Shown here: positions 18,891 to 28,865 of the stretch, piece after piece | How the letters are laid out: each line of letters begins with the position of its first letter | Position numbering within the stretch: the first letter of the stretch is position 1 | Virus record (IMG/VR): IMGVR_UViG_3300048592_000418 | Location: 38,005-102,004 of that record | Origin: a virus | Reading direction: 5' to 3' (one strand) | Length of the DNA: 64,000 nt | Translations under genes and position numbers: made by a program | The notes under the pieces: generated by a model | Told to the model about the DNA's origin: nothing | The model's input: the letters and a program-made list of their open reading frames with translations, nothing else | The model's database searches: none

Positions 18891-19321
18891 GATCGCGCGA
18901 CTGGCGCGAAAAACTCGGCGGCGTTTCCATCGCCTATTTCTGGAACGAGACGTTCGGCTTCGGCGTTCTGACGTGTTGGCCGATCAACTTCGCGCAGTTC
19001 AAAACGATTGCGCGGCACTACGGCGTTGCGCGAGCTGACATCGCCGCACTGGGAACGACGGAGATCCGGAGCGCGCAGTATTTCTTTTTCCCGGAGCGCG
19101 AAACGCACGTGATCGCGTTCTCGAAGCGGGAAGTCGCGGCGCGTGACGTAGGCGTGATCGCGCATGAGTCGTTCCATTGCGTGCGGAATGCGCTGCGGCG
19201 CCGGGGAATCACGACGGACGGCGGCGACGGCGAGGAAGCGCACGCCTACGCGCTCGGATGGCTGACGAACAAGATCACGGACGCACGCGGGATCGTGCGT
19301 TACCGGGATCCGTCCAAGTAG
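18869..19321 (+). CDS. HExxH metallopeptidase-like protein
   Basis: VIAHESFH...EEAHAY. Confidence 0.6.
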   Translation: MPASTFLRSRDWREKLGGVSIAYFWNETFGFGVLTCWPINFAQFKTIARHYGVARADIAALGTTEIRSAQYFFFPERETHVIAFSKREVAARDVGVIAHESFHCVRNALRRRGITTDGGDGEEAHAYALGWLTNKITDARGIVRYRDPSK

Positions 19322-19339
19322 AATCTAATTGGATTCCCG

Positions 19340-19380
19340 AAAAAAGTGCTTGCAAAGGAACCAAACATGGTTCCTAGTGC
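19340..19380 (+). promoter_or_regulatory. Repeated promoter-operator unit, copy A
   Basis: A-tract, TTGCAA 19350, GGAACCAAACATGGTTCC 19357-19374, TAGTGC. Confidence 0.88.
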
Positions 19381-19402
19381 AGTCCACGAAACGAACCCGA
19401 AC

Positions 19403-19993
19403 ATGAAAACATTCCAATTCGTCACTGACATCGCGAAGAACAATTCCGTTGATCCGGAGTTCATCGCGTCCGAACTCGGACACGCCGGGCCGAACGCGGC
19501 AAACGGCGCTTTGCTTGCCGTGCGTCGCGTCTGCGATGGCGGCGAAGTTCGCCGCGTGTTCCAGCTCGGCAACGGCCGCAAGGTTCTCCGGGTAGAGAGC
19601 TACGGCCGCACGATCAGCATTTACGAAAACGCGGAAGACATTCCCGCGGCGCCGCAGACGCTTCCCGTCGGCACGGTGATCGCCGGCTTCACGTATTCGA
19701 CGAGCCGGAAGGATGGACTCCCGACGGCGTTCGCGTCGCGCGACTGCGAAACGTCGTTCAAGATCGAAGACGTGCGCGAGTGGCACGTGTCGCGGGAATA
19801 CGGCAGCGCGATCTATCGGCTCGGCGCGACGCTCGCCGACGGCCGGCTTGTGTTCGTCGTCCGCTCGCAGCTTCCGAATTACATCGCCGATCCGCTCGGC
19901 AAGATCGCGGAAGCCGTGCGGCGGAACACCGTCCGGCACAGCGGCGGAAGCCGTTCGATCCAGTTCTGGCACGGGCCGGCGCTGAAAACCTGA
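19403..19993 (+). CDS. Hypothetical protein (cassette A)
   Basis: ATG after ACGAAACGAACCCGAAC leader. Confidence 0.7.
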   Translation: MKTFQFVTDIAKNNSVDPEFIASELGHAGPNAANGALLAVRRVCDGGEVRRVFQLGNGRKVLRVESYGRTISIYENAEDIPAAPQTLPVGTVIAGFTYSTSRKDGLPTAFASRDCETSFKIEDVREWHVSREYGSAIYRLGATLADGRLVFVVRSQLPNYIADPLGKIAEAVRRNTVRHSGGSRSIQFWHGPALKT

Positions 19994-20033
19994 AAAAATG
20001 TCTTGCAAAGGAACCAAACATGGTTCCTACTGT
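19993..20033 (+). promoter_or_regulatory. Repeated promoter-operator unit, copy B
   Basis: TTGCAA 20003, dyad 20010-20027, TACTGT, ATG 7 nt later. Confidence 0.88.
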
Positions 20034-20040
20034 GCGCACG

Positions 20041-20445
20041 ATGAACACGAACACGACGCAGGGAACCCGGATCGCGGAAGCCTTCGTGATTGAAGGCGAT
20101 CTTTACGCAGGCGTGAACGGCTGGGGCGAGCCGTTCGAGACGTTCAACGCTCAAGTCGGCGTCACGACGGCGGACGGCCGCAAGCTCGTCCATCGCGAAT
20201 TTTGCGCCGTCGGCGTCGTTCACACGGATGAAGGCGATTTCGTCGCTCCGTCTCGCCGTCGCGCTCGCGCTTTCGCGGATCGCGTTGCTGCGGCCGGCGT
20301 GATCGATGAAGCGCGCTGGGAACCGATGGAAGAACCGGAAGCGCTCGAAGTGCGGCTTCATCGTGAATTTCTGCGCGAGGAAGCGGAGCGTCACGGCACG
20401 CAGCCGGCCGGCGCCGCGGCTTATGCTCGCATGCTGGCGCGGTGA
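20041..20445 (+). CDS. Hypothetical protein (cassette B)
   Basis: MNTNTT start directly after the promoter. Confidence 0.7.
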   Translation: MNTNTTQGTRIAEAFVIEGDLYAGVNGWGEPFETFNAQVGVTTADGRKLVHREFCAVGVVHTDEGDFVAPSRRRARAFADRVAAAGVIDEARWEPMEEPEALEVRLHREFLREEAERHGTQPAGAAAYARMLAR

Positions 20446-20587
20446 TGACTCGAAGCGAAGTCTCGAAACTGACGCACGCGAAGCGGCGAATCCGCCGGCA
20501 TTGGCCGCGGCGCTCGAACCCGCGCGTTCGCGAGTGGATTCGCCGCGACATCGCCGTCATTCGATTTCTGAAAACTGGAAGCTGGGA

Positions 20588-20803
20588 ATGAAGCTCGAAC
20601 CGAAACAGATCACGCGCATGTCGCGACGGCGGAACCCGCGCGTCAAAGGCGGCGACGTTTTGCTTGCCGAGCACGGCGGGAAATGGGTTCGGATTTCAAC
20701 GGCGACGTGGATCCGCGCAATCGAAGCGGGCGTTCCGTGGGATCACACTGGCGAATGGGCCGGCGCTCGCGTTCCCGGAGCGACGGGAGATCCGCCTAAG
20801 TAG
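20588..20803 (+). CDS. Small hypothetical protein
   Basis: ATGA-coupled to short ORF 20445..20591. Confidence 0.5.
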   Translation: MKLEPKQITRMSRRRNPRVKGGDVLLAEHGGKWVRISTATWIRAIEAGVPWDHTGEWAGARVPGATGDPPK

Positions 20804-20958
20804 GCGCACGAAGGTTGACAGGCTCGGCATCCGCCGGCGTTCTCTCACGAGACGCCGGCGGCGTCATTTATGCGCGGCGCGCGAACCATACATGACGAAA
20901 TGATCACGAGAACCGAAGCGAACGCGTGCGCGTTCGAGTCATCCGCGCATCCTGTCTG

Positions 20959-22341
20959 ATGGTGGCACATGCGCCAATTTCGACGGAGCCGGTGACGGTC
21001 TGGAAGCCGAACAGCGGTCCGCAATACAAGTTTCTTGCGTGCGCTGCGCGTGAAGTGCTTTACGGCGGAGCCGCCGGCGGCGGGAAAACTGACGGGCTGC
21101 TGATGGGAGCGATCCGCTTCCGCGAGAACCCGAACATGCGGGCAATCGTGTTTCGGAAAACGTTCCCGATGCTGTCAAAGATCATCGACAGATCGAAGGC
21201 GCTTTATCCGCACCTCGGCGCGCGTTACAACGAATCGAAGCACGTCTGGCGCTTCCCGGCCGGCGGATTCGTGCGCTTCGGCAATCTCGACAAACCCGGC
21301 GCGGAAGAGAACTACCAAGGCGAAGACTTCACTTACATCGCGTTTGACGAGCTGACGCAGTGGGCAACGGCGAAGCAATACACGTATCTGCGATCACGTC
21401 TGCGTTCGAGCGCGGGAAGCGGGATCTCGCACCTGATGATTCGCGGCGCGTGCAATCCCGGCGGGCGCGGGCATGGGTGGGTGAAGTTGCACTTCGGGAT
21501 CGATGACGCCGGCAACGCGGCCGATTTCATTGACACCGGCACGCCGGATCAGCCGGGAACCGGATTCCGTCGCGTGTTCATCCCCGCTCGGCTGCGCGAC
21601 AATCCGTTTTTGTCCGGCACGGATTACGAGCGCGAGCTGATGGCGCTCCCGCACGATCTGCGCGTCGCGCTGTTAGATGGCCGCTGGGATGTCGTCGCCG
21701 GCGCCGTGTTCGGGCATCACTGGAACCCGCGGCTTTGGGATGACAAAGACACGCCGGGCAACGTCTGCGACGCGTTCGAGATTCCGCAGCACTGGAAGAT
21801 CTGGCGCGGAGCTGACGACGGCTTCAATGCGCCGGCGTGCTGTCTATGGTTCGCGCAGAACGATGATCGGATCTTCGTGGTGGATGAACTTTACCGGGAA
21901 GGCATGTCCCCGGAAGCATTCGCGGAAGAAGTCCTGAAGCGGGACAATCAGCTTCGGGCCGGCGGCAGGATCACGGGCGTCATTGATCCGGGCGCGTTCG
22001 CAAAGACGGGCATCACGCACAAGCAAGGGCAGTCCCGCGGGCAAATCATGAACGCGTGCGGCTGTCACTGGGAGGAAGCCGAGAAAGGGCCGCATTCGCG
22101 CGTGAATGACGTTTCGCTTGTCGCAACGTCGCTCTCGAAGGTTTTACCGGACGGCCGGCGGAAAGTGATCGTGTTCCGGCGCTGCAAAAACCTGATCCGA
22201 ACGATTCCGGTTCTCCCGCGTGACGACGTGAACCCGGAAGACGTGGACAGCGATTCGGAAGATCACGCTTATGACGCTTTTCGTTACGGGTTGCAATGGC
22301 GCCGGCGGGAGATCAAACAGGGGAAGCTCTCCGGTCTGTAA
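20959..22341 (+). CDS. terL: Terminase large subunit
   Basis: YGGAAGGGKT Walker A, FDELTQ Walker B, CNPGG, EDHAYDAFRY. Confidence 0.96.
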   Translation: MVAHAPISTEPVTVWKPNSGPQYKFLACAAREVLYGGAAGGGKTDGLLMGAIRFRENPNMRAIVFRKTFPMLSKIIDRSKALYPHLGARYNESKHVWRFPAGGFVRFGNLDKPGAEENYQGEDFTYIAFDELTQWATAKQYTYLRSRLRSSAGSGISHLMIRGACNPGGRGHGWVKLHFGIDDAGNAADFIDTGTPDQPGTGFRRVFIPARLRDNPFLSGTDYERELMALPHDLRVALLDGRWDVVAGAVFGHHWNPRLWDDKDTPGNVCDAFEIPQHWKIWRGADDGFNAPACCLWFAQNDDRIFVVDELYREGMSPEAFAEEVLKRDNQLRAGGRITGVIDPGAFAKTGITHKQGQSRGQIMNACGCHWEEAEKGPHSRVNDVSLVATSLSKVLPDGRRKVIVFRRCKNLIRTIPVLPRDDVNPEDVDSDSEDHAYDAFRYGLQWRRREIKQGKLSGL

Positions 22342-22355
22342 ACCGCTTCCCGAAA

Positions 22356-24023
22356 ATGCCTGTTTCAACCTTTCATCCGCTATACATGAAGGCCGTTCCG
22401 AAGTGGGAACGGATTCGCACGGTTCTCGAAGGCGAAGACAAAGTGAAGGAAGCCGGCGACAAGTATTTGCCGCGGCTGTCCGCGCAGACTGATGACGAAT
22501 ACAACGCTTACAAAATGCGCGCGCAGTTCTTCAATGCGACCGGGCGCACGCATGGCGGTTTGCTGGGGCTGATTTTCGGACAGGATCCGAACGTGATCGT
22601 CCCGAAGGACATCGAAGAATGGCTGGACGACGTGACGCTGACGGGGATGACGTTCTTCGGATTCTCGAAGCACGTCACCGATCAGATTCTCGGACCCGGC
22701 CGCTTCGGGATCTACGTGGATTTTGATCAGGACGCCGGCCGGTCATACTTGGTCGGATACACGACGGAACAGATCATCAACTGGCGCACGGAGCGGCGGA
22801 AGGGGAAGCAGTTCGTGACGATGGTCGTTCTGAAGGAATCCGTCGAATCGGTTCAGGCGGATCCGTTCGTCGCCGAAGTTCAGGAACGTTATCGCGTGCT
22901 TTTGCTCGAACCCGCGGACGGCGGGAACGGCAAGCCGATCTTCAAAGTGCGGCTGTATCAGAAGCGGCCGAACGCGGCGCCGGGGAAGGAATCGCCGACG
23001 AAGCGGGCGCGCACAGCTCGAACGGCGCGACTCGGCAACGATGACGAGCTGATGAAGGAAGCCGCGGCGGCGGCGAAAAAGCCGTCAGAAGTTCCGACGG
23101 AAGGCGACTTCGAGATCACGGAGATCGTCCCGGTGATCCGCGGAACACCGCTCGAATTTATTCCGTTCACGTTCGTCGGCGTGACGCGCAACGAAGCGGA
23201 TCCGGAGCGTCCACCCTTGGAAGACGTGGCAACGGTGAACCTGTCCCACTATCGGACGAGCGCGGATCTCGAACACGGCCGGCACTTCACCGGACTGCCG
23301 ACGGCATGGGTTGCGGGATTTGACACGGACGAAGAGCTTCGGATCGGCAGCGGCACGGCATGGATCAGCAAGGATGCGAGCGCGAAGGCCGGCTTTCTCG
23401 AATTCACCGGGCAAGGGCTGAAGGCGCTCGAAGTCGCGCTGGAACAGAAAGAGAAGCAAATGGCCGTTCTCGGCGCGCGCTTGCTCGAACAGCAGAAGAA
23501 GGAAGCCGAGACGGCCGAAACGCTGAAGCTGCGGCAGGCTGGCGAATCGTCCGTGCTCGCGTCCATCGCAACGACGGTAGGCGAAGCGCTGACAATGGCG
23601 CTGCGGTTTCTCGACTACTGGCGCACGGGCGGCGCGCTCGAAACCGATCCGCAGAAGATCAGCGCGGAAATGAACACCGAATTCATTGACGCGTCGCTGA
23701 CTTCGCAGGAAGTCACCGCGCTCGTTTCGGCGTGGCAGGGCAAAGCGATCTCGCATCTCACCTTGCTTCACAATTTCGCGCGCACCGGAATTCTCCCGCC
23801 GGACATTTCGCCGGAAGACGAGCAAGCTCGGATCGATGACGAAGCTCCGTCGCTTACCGGCGACGCGTTGCCGCTGGATCCCGATGACGGCACTGTTCCG
23901 GCGACGCAGCGCGACGCGCAGACGGCCGCGGCGAAGAAAAAGGCCGCGGACGAAGAAAACGAACGCATGATGCGCGAAAAGGAAATGCAGATGAAGGCGA
24001 AGCCGGGCGCATTCAAAAAGTAG
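22356..24023 (+). CDS. Portal protein (DUF4055-type)
   Basis: YLPRL...Y..RAQFFNAT, IPFTF, HYRTSAD; position after TerL. Confidence 0.9.
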   Translation: MPVSTFHPLYMKAVPKWERIRTVLEGEDKVKEAGDKYLPRLSAQTDDEYNAYKMRAQFFNATGRTHGGLLGLIFGQDPNVIVPKDIEEWLDDVTLTGMTFFGFSKHVTDQILGPGRFGIYVDFDQDAGRSYLVGYTTEQIINWRTERRKGKQFVTMVVLKESVESVQADPFVAEVQERYRVLLLEPADGGNGKPIFKVRLYQKRPNAAPGKESPTKRARTARTARLGNDDELMKEAAAAAKKPSEVPTEGDFEITEIVPVIRGTPLEFIPFTFVGVTRNEADPERPPLEDVATVNLSHYRTSADLEHGRHFTGLPTAWVAGFDTDEELRIGSGTAWISKDASAKAGFLEFTGQGLKALEVALEQKEKQMAVLGARLLEQQKKEAETAETLKLRQAGESSVLASIATTVGEALTMALRFLDYWRTGGALETDPQKISAEMNTEFIDASLTSQEVTALVSAWQGKAISHLTLLHNFARTGILPPDISPEDEQARIDDEAPSLTGDALPLDPDDGTVPATQRDAQTAAAKKKAADEENERMMREKEMQMKAKPGAFKK

Positions 24024-24045
24024 CGATTTAGCGTAAAGCGCTAAA

Positions 24046-25173
24046 ATGCCGACGAAACGAAACCTTCACGAAAAGCTCGCGGACAAGATCACCGCGCATC
24101 AGATCACGCTCGAACGGCTGAAGGCCGGCGAAAAGCAGAGCGTGATCGCCATGCTGCGCGATCTCGAAAAGTCGCTGATTCTCGAACTCGAAAAGTTGGA
24201 CGTTACCGGCGCGGCGTCTCGCTACCATCAGGCGCGGCTCGCGAAGCTGCTTCAGTTCGCGAAGGAAACCATTCGCGGATCGTATCGAGGAATCCGTGAC
24301 GATCAGCGGGAAGCGCTGCAAGGGCTGGCGAAGCTGGAAGACAGCTTCGTTCGCCGGGCCGTGAACGGGACAATCGGCGTTGATCTGATGACGGTGACGC
24401 TTTCGGCCGAAACGCTGAAGACGCTCGCGAGTGATACGCTGATCATGAAGGCGCCGTCTGCCGAATGGTGGAGCCGGCAAGCCGGGGACACGCTTCAGCG
24501 CTTCACGGATAACATGCGCGACGGCGTTTTGCGCGGCGAACCCACCACGGAGCTTGTGCGGCGCGTGCGCGGCCGGCGGGAAAATCAATTTGCCGACGGC
24601 ATCATGCAAACGAGCTATCGGAACGCCGAAGCGCTCGTTCGGACATCCGTTCAGACCGTCGCGAATGAAGCGCGACTGGAAACCTACGCGGCGAACGCCG
24701 ACGTGATCAACGGGACGCAATGGGTTTCGACGCTGGACAGGCGCACAACGAAGATCTGCATCGCACTCGACGGGAAGGTTTGGGATCGCGAGCTGAAACC
24801 CATCGGACACAAGCACAAGTTCCCCGGTCCAACGGCGCACTGGGGATGCCGGAGCACTCAGATCCCCGTGATGAAAACGTTTCAGGAACTCGCCGGCGCG
24901 AAGGAAACGCGTTCGTTGGTGGAGCAAGCGACGGAACAGAGGAAGGACATGCTTCGCGCGTCCATGGACGGACAGGTCGCCGGCGTCCAGACGTTCGACG
25001 AATTCCTGAAGCGGAAGGATGGCAAATATCAGGATCAGCTTTTGGGTCGCGAGCGCGCGAAGCTCTGGCGCGACGGCAAGATCACTGCGGACGATCTGAC
25101 GAATCAGGACAATCGGCCGCTGACCGTGAAGCAGCTTCAGAAGCTCGCCGAGCGGAGAACGGGCGGCGGATGA
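24046..25173 (+). CDS. MuF/SPP1 gp7-like minor head protein
   Basis: AEALVRT, WVSTLDRRTT.IC..LDGK, HWGCRST. Confidence 0.9.
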   Translation: MPTKRNLHEKLADKITAHQITLERLKAGEKQSVIAMLRDLEKSLILELEKLDVTGAASRYHQARLAKLLQFAKETIRGSYRGIRDDQREALQGLAKLEDSFVRRAVNGTIGVDLMTVTLSAETLKTLASDTLIMKAPSAEWWSRQAGDTLQRFTDNMRDGVLRGEPTTELVRRVRGRRENQFADGIMQTSYRNAEALVRTSVQTVANEARLETYAANADVINGTQWVSTLDRRTTKICIALDGKVWDRELKPIGHKHKFPGPTAHWGCRSTQIPVMKTFQELAGAKETRSLVEQATEQRKDMLRASMDGQVAGVQTFDEFLKRKDGKYQDQLLGRERAKLWRDGKITADDLTNQDNRPLTVKQLQKLAERRTGGG

Positions 25174-25271
25174 ACGCGAAACGGAAACGGAAGCTCGAAG
25201 CGGCTGGCTGGAAGGTCGGCACTGCGAAAGAATTTTTGCGCAGAGCGCGCAGGAAGCGAAAGGCGAAATGA
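25170..25271 (+). CDS. 33-aa peptide resembling the N-terminus of XRE/HigA-type antitoxins
   Basis: MNAKRKRKLEAAGWKVGTAKEFL; ATGA overlaps at both ends. Confidence 0.45.
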   Translation: MNAKRKRKLEAAGWKVGTAKEFLRRARRKRKAK

Positions 25272-25435
25272 AGGCGCCGGCGTTCGCTGTCCTGCTTCGC
25301 GCCATCGTCGCGGCCGTTATTCCGGCGCGAATCCGGACCGCTTGGCGCGTGCGTTATCTCGGCATCAGGTGAATCGCGCCGCGGCCGGCGCAATAGGGTT
25401 GACGACTACTTCGCGGTTCGGGTTTTTTCTGTGTC

Positions 25436-25696
25436 GTGTCCGGCACGAAACGCAGTCGCGAACAGCTCGAAGAAATGATCGCGGAAGCGCAGCGGCTTCA
25501 CGCAGCGCGCGGCGGCATCCATGACATGAACGCAGCGCTTCACATCCTGACTTCGCTGCGGTTCCTCTTTGAATGCGGCGAGGAATGGCGCATTCGCTGG
25601 GATCGCGCGGATCGGCTGCTGGCGAACATGCGCGTTTGCTTCGCGACTGGATTTTACCCGAAGCATCTCGCGAGCGCTCAACCTGTTTTCGCATGA
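25436..25696 (+). CDS. Hypothetical protein
   Basis: GTG start downstream of TTGACG (25399). Confidence 0.55.
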   Translation: MSGTKRSREQLEEMIAEAQRLHAARGGIHDMNAALHILTSLRFLFECGEEWRIRWDRADRLLANMRVCFATGFYPKHLASAQPVFA

Positions 25697-26217
25697 ACCC
25701 GGAGCGCTGGAATCGGCCGAAGCAGACAATCTTCACGACGGAAACGACGGATGGCGATTGCTGGCGTTGCTGCATCGCCGCGATCCTGAACGTTCCCGCG
25801 GAGAGCGTCCCGCACTTCGGAGCCGATCCGCACTGTGACGCAGAAACGCAAAAATGGCTGAACGCTCGCGGCTACGTGATGATCCAAGTTGAGGGCGGCG
25901 GATTCTATCCGCCGATCCGTTTCCCGCAGTGGGGCAAGCCGGTTCAGGACAAGACGCCGAACACGGCGGTTTATCCGATCATCGCGTGCGGTCCCACCAT
26001 CCGCACGAAGAAGCCGGGCGATCATCATGCCGTCGTTTGGCTGGATCGCCGCGTCGTTTACGATCCGCATCCGAGCTAAGCCGGGCTGATCTGGATTGCT
26101 GAGGCTTACGCCATTGTTCCCGCGTTTGAATTTAAGGCTGAAGCAGGGCCAATCGATCCGGCGGCGATCATGGAAGCTGTGAAGCATAATCACGAAAAGC
26201 CGCTTCGTTTGGACTGA
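25693..26217 (+). pseudogene. C39/papain-like peptidase paralog 1, in-frame TAA at 26077-26079
   Basis: Q...GDCWRCCIA, HAVV, YDPHPS*AGL; frame continues to a TGATG overlap at 26217. Confidence 0.6.
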
Positions 26218-26612
26218 TGATCCGGCACGTTTCACAGCACGGCTTCCCGACGGCATGCCAGCAGAGCGTGATCGCCATGCTCGCCGGCGTCGAACTCCGC
26301 GACGTGATCGCGCTGTTCGGCTTCGGGCCGATGTCGTGTTCCGAGCGCGTGAAGGCGTGCGATCACTTCGGGATCGTGCTGGGGGATCGCGTGCTGATCG
26401 AAGGCTACGGGAACGAGACGCTGACTTGCCTGATGGACAGGCACCGCGCGCTGTTCCTTTCGGTTTCCGAGCATGGGAACCCGCAGTTCAGGCACTGCGT
26501 CCTTTGGCATGGTGGGACGCTTTACGATCCGGCGCTCGGCGTGAACCCCGCTTGGCCGTGGCGTTATCACGTGACGATTGCGCAGATCGTCGCCGGCGCT
26601 CCCGCTTTATGA
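26217..26612 (+). CDS. C39/papain-like peptidase paralog 2
   Basis: VSQ...AC...IAMLAG, HCVLW, YDP. Confidence 0.62.
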   Translation: MIRHVSQHGFPTACQQSVIAMLAGVELRDVIALFGFGPMSCSERVKACDHFGIVLGDRVLIEGYGNETLTCLMDRHRALFLSVSEHGNPQFRHCVLWHGGTLYDPALGVNPAWPWRYHVTIAQIVAGAPAL

Positions 26613-27283
26613 TCCGAGTTTTTCAGCAAGTTATCGACAAGAAAAACGGCGATTGCTGGCGCGCGTGCATCGCTTCGATTCTCGAAATGAAGGCGGACGA
26701 CGTGCCGAACTTCGTCGGACTCGCGGGGAAGAAGTTCGGCGAGGATCCGCACGCGCTCGCGCTCGAATGGCTGCGCGCTCGCGGCGTCGCGTTGCTCGAA
26801 TGTCACGGCCGCGATCCGAAGGACGCGTTCAACTGGCGAATGCTTCCCGGCGTGTTCTGCATCCTTTCCGTTCCATCGCAGAAGTTCCCGAAGGAATGCA
26901 CGCATGCCGTGGTGGGGCAATGGCGCGAACATCCGGAAAACCCGGATTGCACGCAGATCGTGATCGTTCACGATCCGAATCCGGGGAACGTGCCTTATCC
27001 GGTGGACGTGAAGATCAACGGGATCACGTATCTCGTCCCGATGCGGCCGAAGCTCGGACAGCGAATCGACGCGATGCTTCCCGACGGGAAATCCCCATAC
27101 AGCGCGAAGCGCGAGCCGGAACACGGCCGGGCGGCGGAAATACTCGCCGCGGCCGGAGTTCAAAGCAGCTCGCACAGAGGGAAAATTCCCACGAAAACAG
27201 AGGGCGGAAGCAGTGACAGCAAAAGCGCATGCCATAACAAACCCGCGAGCGTGAAACCGGGGCCGAAAAAAACCCGAAAATAG
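26609..27283 (+). CDS. C39/papain-like peptidase paralog 3
   Basis: Q...GDCWRACIAS, HAVV, HDPNP. Confidence 0.65.
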   Translation: MIRVFQQVIDKKNGDCWRACIASILEMKADDVPNFVGLAGKKFGEDPHALALEWLRARGVALLECHGRDPKDAFNWRMLPGVFCILSVPSQKFPKECTHAVVGQWREHPENPDCTQIVIVHDPNPGNVPYPVDVKINGITYLVPMRPKLGQRIDAMLPDGKSPYSAKREPEHGRAAEILAAAGVQSSSHRGKIPTKTEGGSSDSKSACHNKPASVKPGPKKTRK

Positions 27284-27317
27284 TGCTTGCAAAGGAACCA
27301 AACATGGTTCCTAGTGT
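27276..27317 (+). promoter_or_regulatory. Repeated promoter-operator unit, copy C
   Basis: TTGCAA 27287, dyad 27294-27311, TAGTGT, ATG 7 nt later. Confidence 0.88.
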
Positions 27318-27324
27318 TCGCACG

Positions 27325-27678
27325 ATGACGACAACGACGAACACGAACCGGGAAACGCAAATCGCGCAGGCGAACGAAATCGCGCGCCAGATCGGCAATC
27401 GCGCCTTCTTCATGATGGGAGCGAAGAACCTGATGGCGACGGAGCACGAAGGGAAAGCGGCGCTGACGTTCAAGATCGCGCGCAATGACAACGGCGTGAC
27501 GCACGTCCGCGTTGTTCTGGAACCCTCGGACACTTACACCGTGCAATTCCTGAAGGTCCGCAATCCGAGCGCGCGCAGCGCTGGCGGGATCTTCACCGTC
27601 TCGGAAGCTGACATGGTTTACTCGGACAGCCTGAACACCTGCATCGAAGCGCACACCGGCTTGCGCCTTTCGCTGTGA
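27325..27678 (+). CDS. Conserved phage hypothetical protein (cassette C)
   Basis: I..QIG..F.M.GAKN...DTY.V.F...TGL..SL pattern recalled from many phages. Confidence 0.7.
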   Translation: MTTTTNTNRETQIAQANEIARQIGNRAFFMMGAKNLMATEHEGKAALTFKIARNDNGVTHVRVVLEPSDTYTVQFLKVRNPSARSAGGIFTVSEADMVYSDSLNTCIEAHTGLRLSL

Positions 27679-28334
27679 ATATCTTCGGCGGCGTCACTTT
27701 CGGGCCGGATGACGTGCGGACGCTCGCGGCCGGCGGCGAGCAAATGCGATGCGTGAAGTTCGCGATCCTCACGTCGCAGACGTGCGGGGAAGCGTGCTGG
27801 CACGCGGCGGAAGAGGTTTGCCGCTGTTCGTGCGGCGGGCGCAATCACGGATGCCTGAAGAGCGCGGACGGCGTGCGGCCGGTGCGAACGGCGAAGATTT
27901 CCGGGCATCGTTACAAGCTCGCGGCCGTTGGCATGCGCTCGGACGTGATGCCGGCCGCAACCGCACTGAACGGCCGGCAATGGCGCGCTGTGATGCCGGC
28001 CGAACTCGTGATCGATGGCATCGGACAGGGGAAGGACTGGACGCCGGCCACCCTTGCCGCGGCACGCGCGGCCGGGAAAGAGGCTTGGATCTCGCAATAC
28101 CGTTACCATTGGACGGAAACGGAAGACGGCGCGCCGGCTCGCGTGAAGTATGCGACGCGCGATCAAGTCGCGCGCTGGGAAGAGCTGAAGGCATGGCGCG
28201 GCACGCCGGACGAACGGAACGTTTGCCTTCTGTGGGAACTCGAAGTGATGCCGGCGGCGCCGACGATCAAGATCGTCAGCAAACAGACGGGCGAACCGCT
28301 CGCGAATCAGTCACCGCTCGGCGAACAGATTTGA
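27675..28334 (+). CDS. Cys-rich hypothetical protein
   Basis: C...C..A....CRCSCGGRNHG. Confidence 0.65.
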   Translation: MNIFGGVTFGPDDVRTLAAGGEQMRCVKFAILTSQTCGEACWHAAEEVCRCSCGGRNHGCLKSADGVRPVRTAKISGHRYKLAAVGMRSDVMPAATALNGRQWRAVMPAELVIDGIGQGKDWTPATLAAARAAGKEAWISQYRYHWTETEDGAPARVKYATRDQVARWEELKAWRGTPDERNVCLLWELEVMPAAPTIKIVSKQTGEPLANQSPLGEQI

Positions 28335-28360
28335 TCAGGAATCCACGAACACGAAATGCC

Positions 28361-28792
28361 ATGACGGACAAAGAACATATCAAACTCGTCAGCGTCGGGA
28401 ACCGCTTTTGGGCGAAGTTCTCGCGCATCGTTGCGGAAGCGCTCGCCGAACTTCCCGCCGGCCGGGAAGACGAGTTCATTCCCTATCTTCAGGACAAAAC
28501 ATCGATCTACGGTTCGACGTATTCGGAAGAGCTGGCGAAGATCGCGAAGCACGGAACGCAGCAGTCGGCCGCGGAGCGATGGACGAAAACGCGTCCGACG
28601 CAGCCGGGGCTTTATCTCGTTCAGTTCCTTTGCGACGCCTTCCCGAAAGGCGATCCGAACAACGTCTGTCATCAGCTCGTGAACGTCGTTCACGACGGCC
28701 GGGTTTTGCATGACGGCCGGTTTCGCGATGAAGCCGAGCTGAAAGGGTGGATTTGGGCGCGCGTTACGCCGGCAAAAGATTTTTCAAAATAG
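28361..28792 (+). CDS. Hypothetical protein
   Basis: ACGAACACGAA leader; stop inside the next repeat. Confidence 0.65.
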   Translation: MTDKEHIKLVSVGNRFWAKFSRIVAEALAELPAGREDEFIPYLQDKTSIYGSTYSEELAKIAKHGTQQSAAERWTKTRPTQPGLYLVQFLCDAFPKGDPNNVCHQLVNVVHDGRVLHDGRFRDEAELKGWIWARVTPAKDFSK

Positions 28793-28826
28793 CGCTTGCA
28801 AAGGAACCAAACATGGTTCCTAGTGT
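28786..28826 (+). promoter_or_regulatory. Repeated promoter-operator unit, copy D
   Basis: TTGCAA 28796, dyad 28803-28820, TAGTGT. Confidence 0.88.
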
Positions 28827-28865
28827 TCGTGTCAGCAACGAAAACGAACCCAAACGAACACGAAA

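Noticed and set aside
9946-26079. Genome-wide TAA reassignment
   Set aside because: TerL, MCP, tail tube, TMP and CmoA end properly at TAA; no suppressor tRNA seen
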